DNA of 11,989 bases from Octopus sinensis (Eukaryota). Positions 9,551 through 11,989 of this stretch are shown here, piece by piece; within the stretch, counting starts at the first letter, position 1, and each line of letters begins with the position of its first letter. Under the pieces are notes generated by a model that had not been told where the DNA came from, did no database searches, and saw only the letters and a list, made by a program, of their open reading frames with translations. Where the stretch lies: the NCBI RefSeq assembly GCF_006345805.1, contig NW_021826803.1, positions 1 through 11,989 on the forward strand, given 5' to 3'. The position numbers and the translations under genes were made by a program.

Positions 9551-9570
9551 AATGTTTTCCTCTTTGTTTA

Positions 9571-9639
9571 CAAAGTTTATTGTCGAAAGTAATAAAGTTC
9601 GATCACATCGGACCTACACTTTTTCGACAATAAACTTTG
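9571..9639. repeat. Perfect 18-bp inverted repeat with 33-nt spacer
   Basis: CAAAGTTTATTGTCGAAA (9571-9588) pairs with TTTCGACAATAAACTTTG (9622-9639). Confidence 0.95.
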
Positions 9640-9677
9640 GCAAAGGGCAAAGTATCTGAAGAAAATGACGAGTTTAC

Positions 9678-9800
9678 TCTAATCTATATTTAGCACGACG
9701 ATCGTTTCGGCTTACATCTGCACTGCTCCCTAATGGGTGGAGAACGATATAAGGGAATCGAATGCACCCCACAGTGCAGAAGAAACTTCATCAGATTAGA
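9678..9800 (-). ncRNA. Type I hammerhead-ribozyme-like motif with extended stem II
   Basis: Minus strand: CUGAUGA (9794-9788), AG, stem II core UCUGCACUG/CAGUGCAGA (9780-9772/9725-9717), CC, GAAAC-GAUC-GUC (9708-9697). All conserved core nucleotides are present; proximal stem II and stem I are imperfect. Confidence 0.65.
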
Positions 9801-10019
9801 TAATACGTTACAGTGTTATAATATGGACATTTCCCCACTGTGTGTGGCAGGATGATGAGGCGTGGATTTGTAGAAGTTCACAAATCCATTAATGAGGCAA
9901 GATAACTGCTACATAATCGGGACTGGAAGGTAAACAATATAAAATAAAATCAAATACAAAAACTAAAGGGGAAGGTCAGAGTGACTTTTGAATGAAAAGC
10001 GCTCTAGATGTAGAGCATA

Positions 10020-10205
10020 GGCGTAGGGGTGGATGTGCGATAAGTAGCTTGCTTTTGAACCACATGGTCCCGGCTTCAGTCTCACTGCGTGGCACCTCGG
10101 GCAAGTGTCTTCTACTATAGCCTCGGGTCGATCAGAGCCTTGTGAGTGGATTTGGTAGACAGAAACTGAAGAAGCCCGTCGTATGTGTGTGTATATATAT
10201 ATATT

Positions 10206-10255
<50 letters not shown>

Positions 10256-10541
10256 GATGTTATATACGTATGTATGTATGTATGTATGTATGTATGTATG
10301 TATGTAGTATGTATGTATGTTATGTATGTATGTGTGTGTCTTTGTGTGCGGCTGTCCGCCTCATTATCCCTTGACAACCGCTGTTGGTGTGCTTATGTCC
10401 CCGTAACTTAGTGGTTCTGCAGAAGAGACCGATAGAATAAGTATTAGGCTTTACAAACGCCCTGGAGTCGATTTGTTCGACTAGAAGTTGATGCTCCAAC
10501 ATGACCGCTGGCACATTGCCAAAACAAGTAAAAGAATAAAA
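10020..10541 (+). mobile_element. Full-length tRNA-derived SINE family A with internal microsatellite and LINE-like 3' tail
   Basis: Degenerate A-box (TGGATGTGCGA, ~10030) and B-box (GGCTTCAGTCT, 10072-10082). CORE-like CCTCGGGCAAGT, microsatellite ~10178-10340, GTCGA/TCGAC hairpin, tail ending AAACAAGTAAAAGAATAAAA. It probably belongs to the described octopus tRNA-SINE families (OK/OR1/OR2), but I cannot assign which. Confidence 0.93.
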
Positions 10542-10953
10542 TACATATATATTTTTCATGATTAAATAATCTCCTGATTGATTCCTGTCCAAAATTTTAC
10601 CTGAAGATGCTAGGTTCTACGCTATGATGTAATCTACAAATAAATCAATAACAATCTTTCGAAACAGGTGTCGTAAATTTTAAACCGTATTTGTTTCCTC
10701 TTACGCTGCATTTAAAACCAGTTCTGAGTGAGATCTACGCTTAAAACTGGATTCAGTATGTATGTAGGTGGTCCGATCAATAAGTGTCATGACTGTTGTA
10801 ACGAAACTAAAGCATGCAGAGTGAAGCTGCTAGGTACAGATTGACCTTGAACGCTGTTGTGCATGTGCACAAAGTTTTGACGTTCTTGCTCATTTCCGCT
10901 TTTTACGGCAGTACTTGTAAGGAAGGTGTGTAGCGTGTGATCGTCGCATTGAC

Positions 10954-11010
10954 AAAGTTGAGCAGAAAATCTACATCAAATTTTGCCAAAATCTTGGTGA
11001 TACCTGCTCG
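10954..11010 (+). pseudogene. Mariner transposase N-terminal remnant (left arm, ATG deleted)
   Basis: KVEQKIYIKFCQNLGDTCS, matching the EQRxxIKFC..LG start of mariner transposases. Confidence 0.8.
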
Positions 11011-11392
11011 ACTCAATCAAGGAGATCTTGTGCAACTGAAACCCACGTGTCCTATTGGTCAGCTGAAACAAACTTGACAGACACGCGTCTCATACCCAAA
11101 TCTTCAGTGATAATGGAGTGAACTGAACAGTAACTAATCTGCACATCCTCTGATAACTCACGGATGGTGATTTGACGATTTCCCCTCACAGCTGCACGCA
11201 CATCTACAATGTTTTTCTCAGTTCTTCAGGTCTCCCAAAACGTTCGTCAATATCGACATTTGTTCTGCCATCTTGGAAACGTCTGAACCACTCCGTACAC
11301 TTGTGTACGACTCATACACTCCTCTCCATACTCATTCTGCAACTTTATGTAGGCCTCTAAAAAGGTATCTCTATGACAACTTTCTCTGTCAT
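11008..11392 (-). pseudogene. Mariner transposase N-terminal HTH region, frameshifted
   Basis: ATG at 11392. Segments: LEAYIKLQNEYGEECMSRTQVY (11360-11295), EWFRRFQDGRTNVDIDERFGRP (11293-11228), TEKNIVDVRAAVRGNRQITIRELSEDVQISYCSVHSIITEDLGMRRVSVKFV.. (11222-11055). It has the GRP motif and a WVP-like KFV motif; no DD34D domain. Confidence 0.92.
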
Positions 11393-11689
11393 GGTCAATG
11401 CGACAATCACACGCTACACACTTTCATTCCAAGCACTACTGTAAACAGCAGAAGTGAGGTAAAACCTTAAAACCTTGTGCGCATGCACAGCAGAATTCAA
11501 GATCAGTCATTCCCAAGCGGCTTCACACTGCGTGCTTTAGCTTCGTTACAATGGCAACAGTCCGGCTACTTATTGATCAAACCTCGTGTCTACAGTATCT
11601 TACGAACACCTGATTACTTCATATTTGTTTCACCTCAATGAGAAACCTAGCCTTTTCTGACGTCCTAGATCTTGAAGCGCTTTGATTCT

Positions 11690-11751
11690 GCTGTCTCTCT
11701 CTTTCTTTCTCCCTCGCTCTGTCTGTTGCTCTGTCTGCCTGCCTGTCTCTT

Positions 11752-11785
<34 letters not shown>
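11690..11785. repeat. (CT)n/(TCTG) polypyrimidine microsatellite
   Basis: Direct. Confidence 0.95.
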
Positions 11786-11788
<3 letters not shown>

Positions 11789-11810
11789 ATATATTCTTTT
11801 ATTTGTTTCA

Positions 11811-11858
11811 ACCCCAGCATGGAAAGCGGACTTTAAACGATGATGATGATAAAGATGA
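11811..11858 (+). mobile_element. Short LINE-type 3' tail (probably RTE) ending in (GAT)n
   Basis: CCAGCATGGAAAGCGGACTTTAAACGATGATGATGAT; family assignment is from recollection only. Confidence 0.5.
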
Positions 11859-11859
11859 T

Positions 11860-11955
11860 ATATATACGATAAGCTTCTTTCAGTTTCCATCTATCAAATC
11901 CACCCACAAGGCTTTAGTCGACCCGGGGCTATAATAGTAAAAGACCTGTTGCTCG
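11860..11955 (-). mobile_element. SINE family A fragment (CORE-like to microsatellite segment)
   Basis: Minus strand TATAGCCCCGGGTCGACTAAAGCCTTGTGGGTGGATTTGATAGATGGAAACTGAAAGAAGC is colinear with 10116-10180. Confidence 0.9.
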
Positions 11956-11989
11956 TGTTGTTTTCTTCTTTCTGTATTTAAAGTTTTTT

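Larger units (their letters stand above)
10761..11588. mobile_element. Non-autonomous mariner (Tc1/mariner) derivative made of two inverted 5' ends
   Basis: ~195-bp imperfect inverted arms: GATCAATAAGT 10775-10785 vs 11568-11578; 27/28 match 10926-10953 vs 11394-11421. Ends resemble TACGAGG, with TA at 10761 and TG at 11587-11588. Transposase remnants lie on both strands. Confidence 0.9.

Noticed and set aside
9656-9790. Plus-strand hammerhead (CTGAAGA ... GAAAC)
   Set aside because: No stem II closure and no stem III/NUH after GAAAC.
11172-11470. Plus ORFs 11172..11360 and 11273..11470
   Set aside because: Antisense to the frameshifted transposase on the minus strand.

Overview
Eukaryotic, AT-rich, non-coding (probably intronic or intergenic) DNA. 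Roughly a quarter to a third is microsatellite, and much of the rest is transposon debris. The repeat families and microsatellite load resemble octopus (coleoid cephalopod) DNA; this is inferred from recalled consensus sequences, not a search. No complete protein-coding gene is supportable, and almost every ORF in the track is a microsatellite or antisense-repeat artefact. Recognisable parts: (1) the 3' end of a CR1/L2-group LINE on the minus strand (~318-747); (2) tRNA-derived SINEs of at least three families, one sharing the LINE's 3' tail; (3) three SINEs stacked head-to-tail, with a 13-bp motif at all four junctions (4017-4721); (4) a mariner derivative built from two inward-facing 5' ends (10761-11588); (5) hammerhead-ribozyme-like motifs of the Penelope type at 1196-1223 (+) and 9697-9794 (-, unusually long stem II), plus a weak one at ~6125 (-). 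The 9697 motif sits within a cluster of palindromes and hairpins. There is also one strong plus-strand exon candidate (6498-6554).
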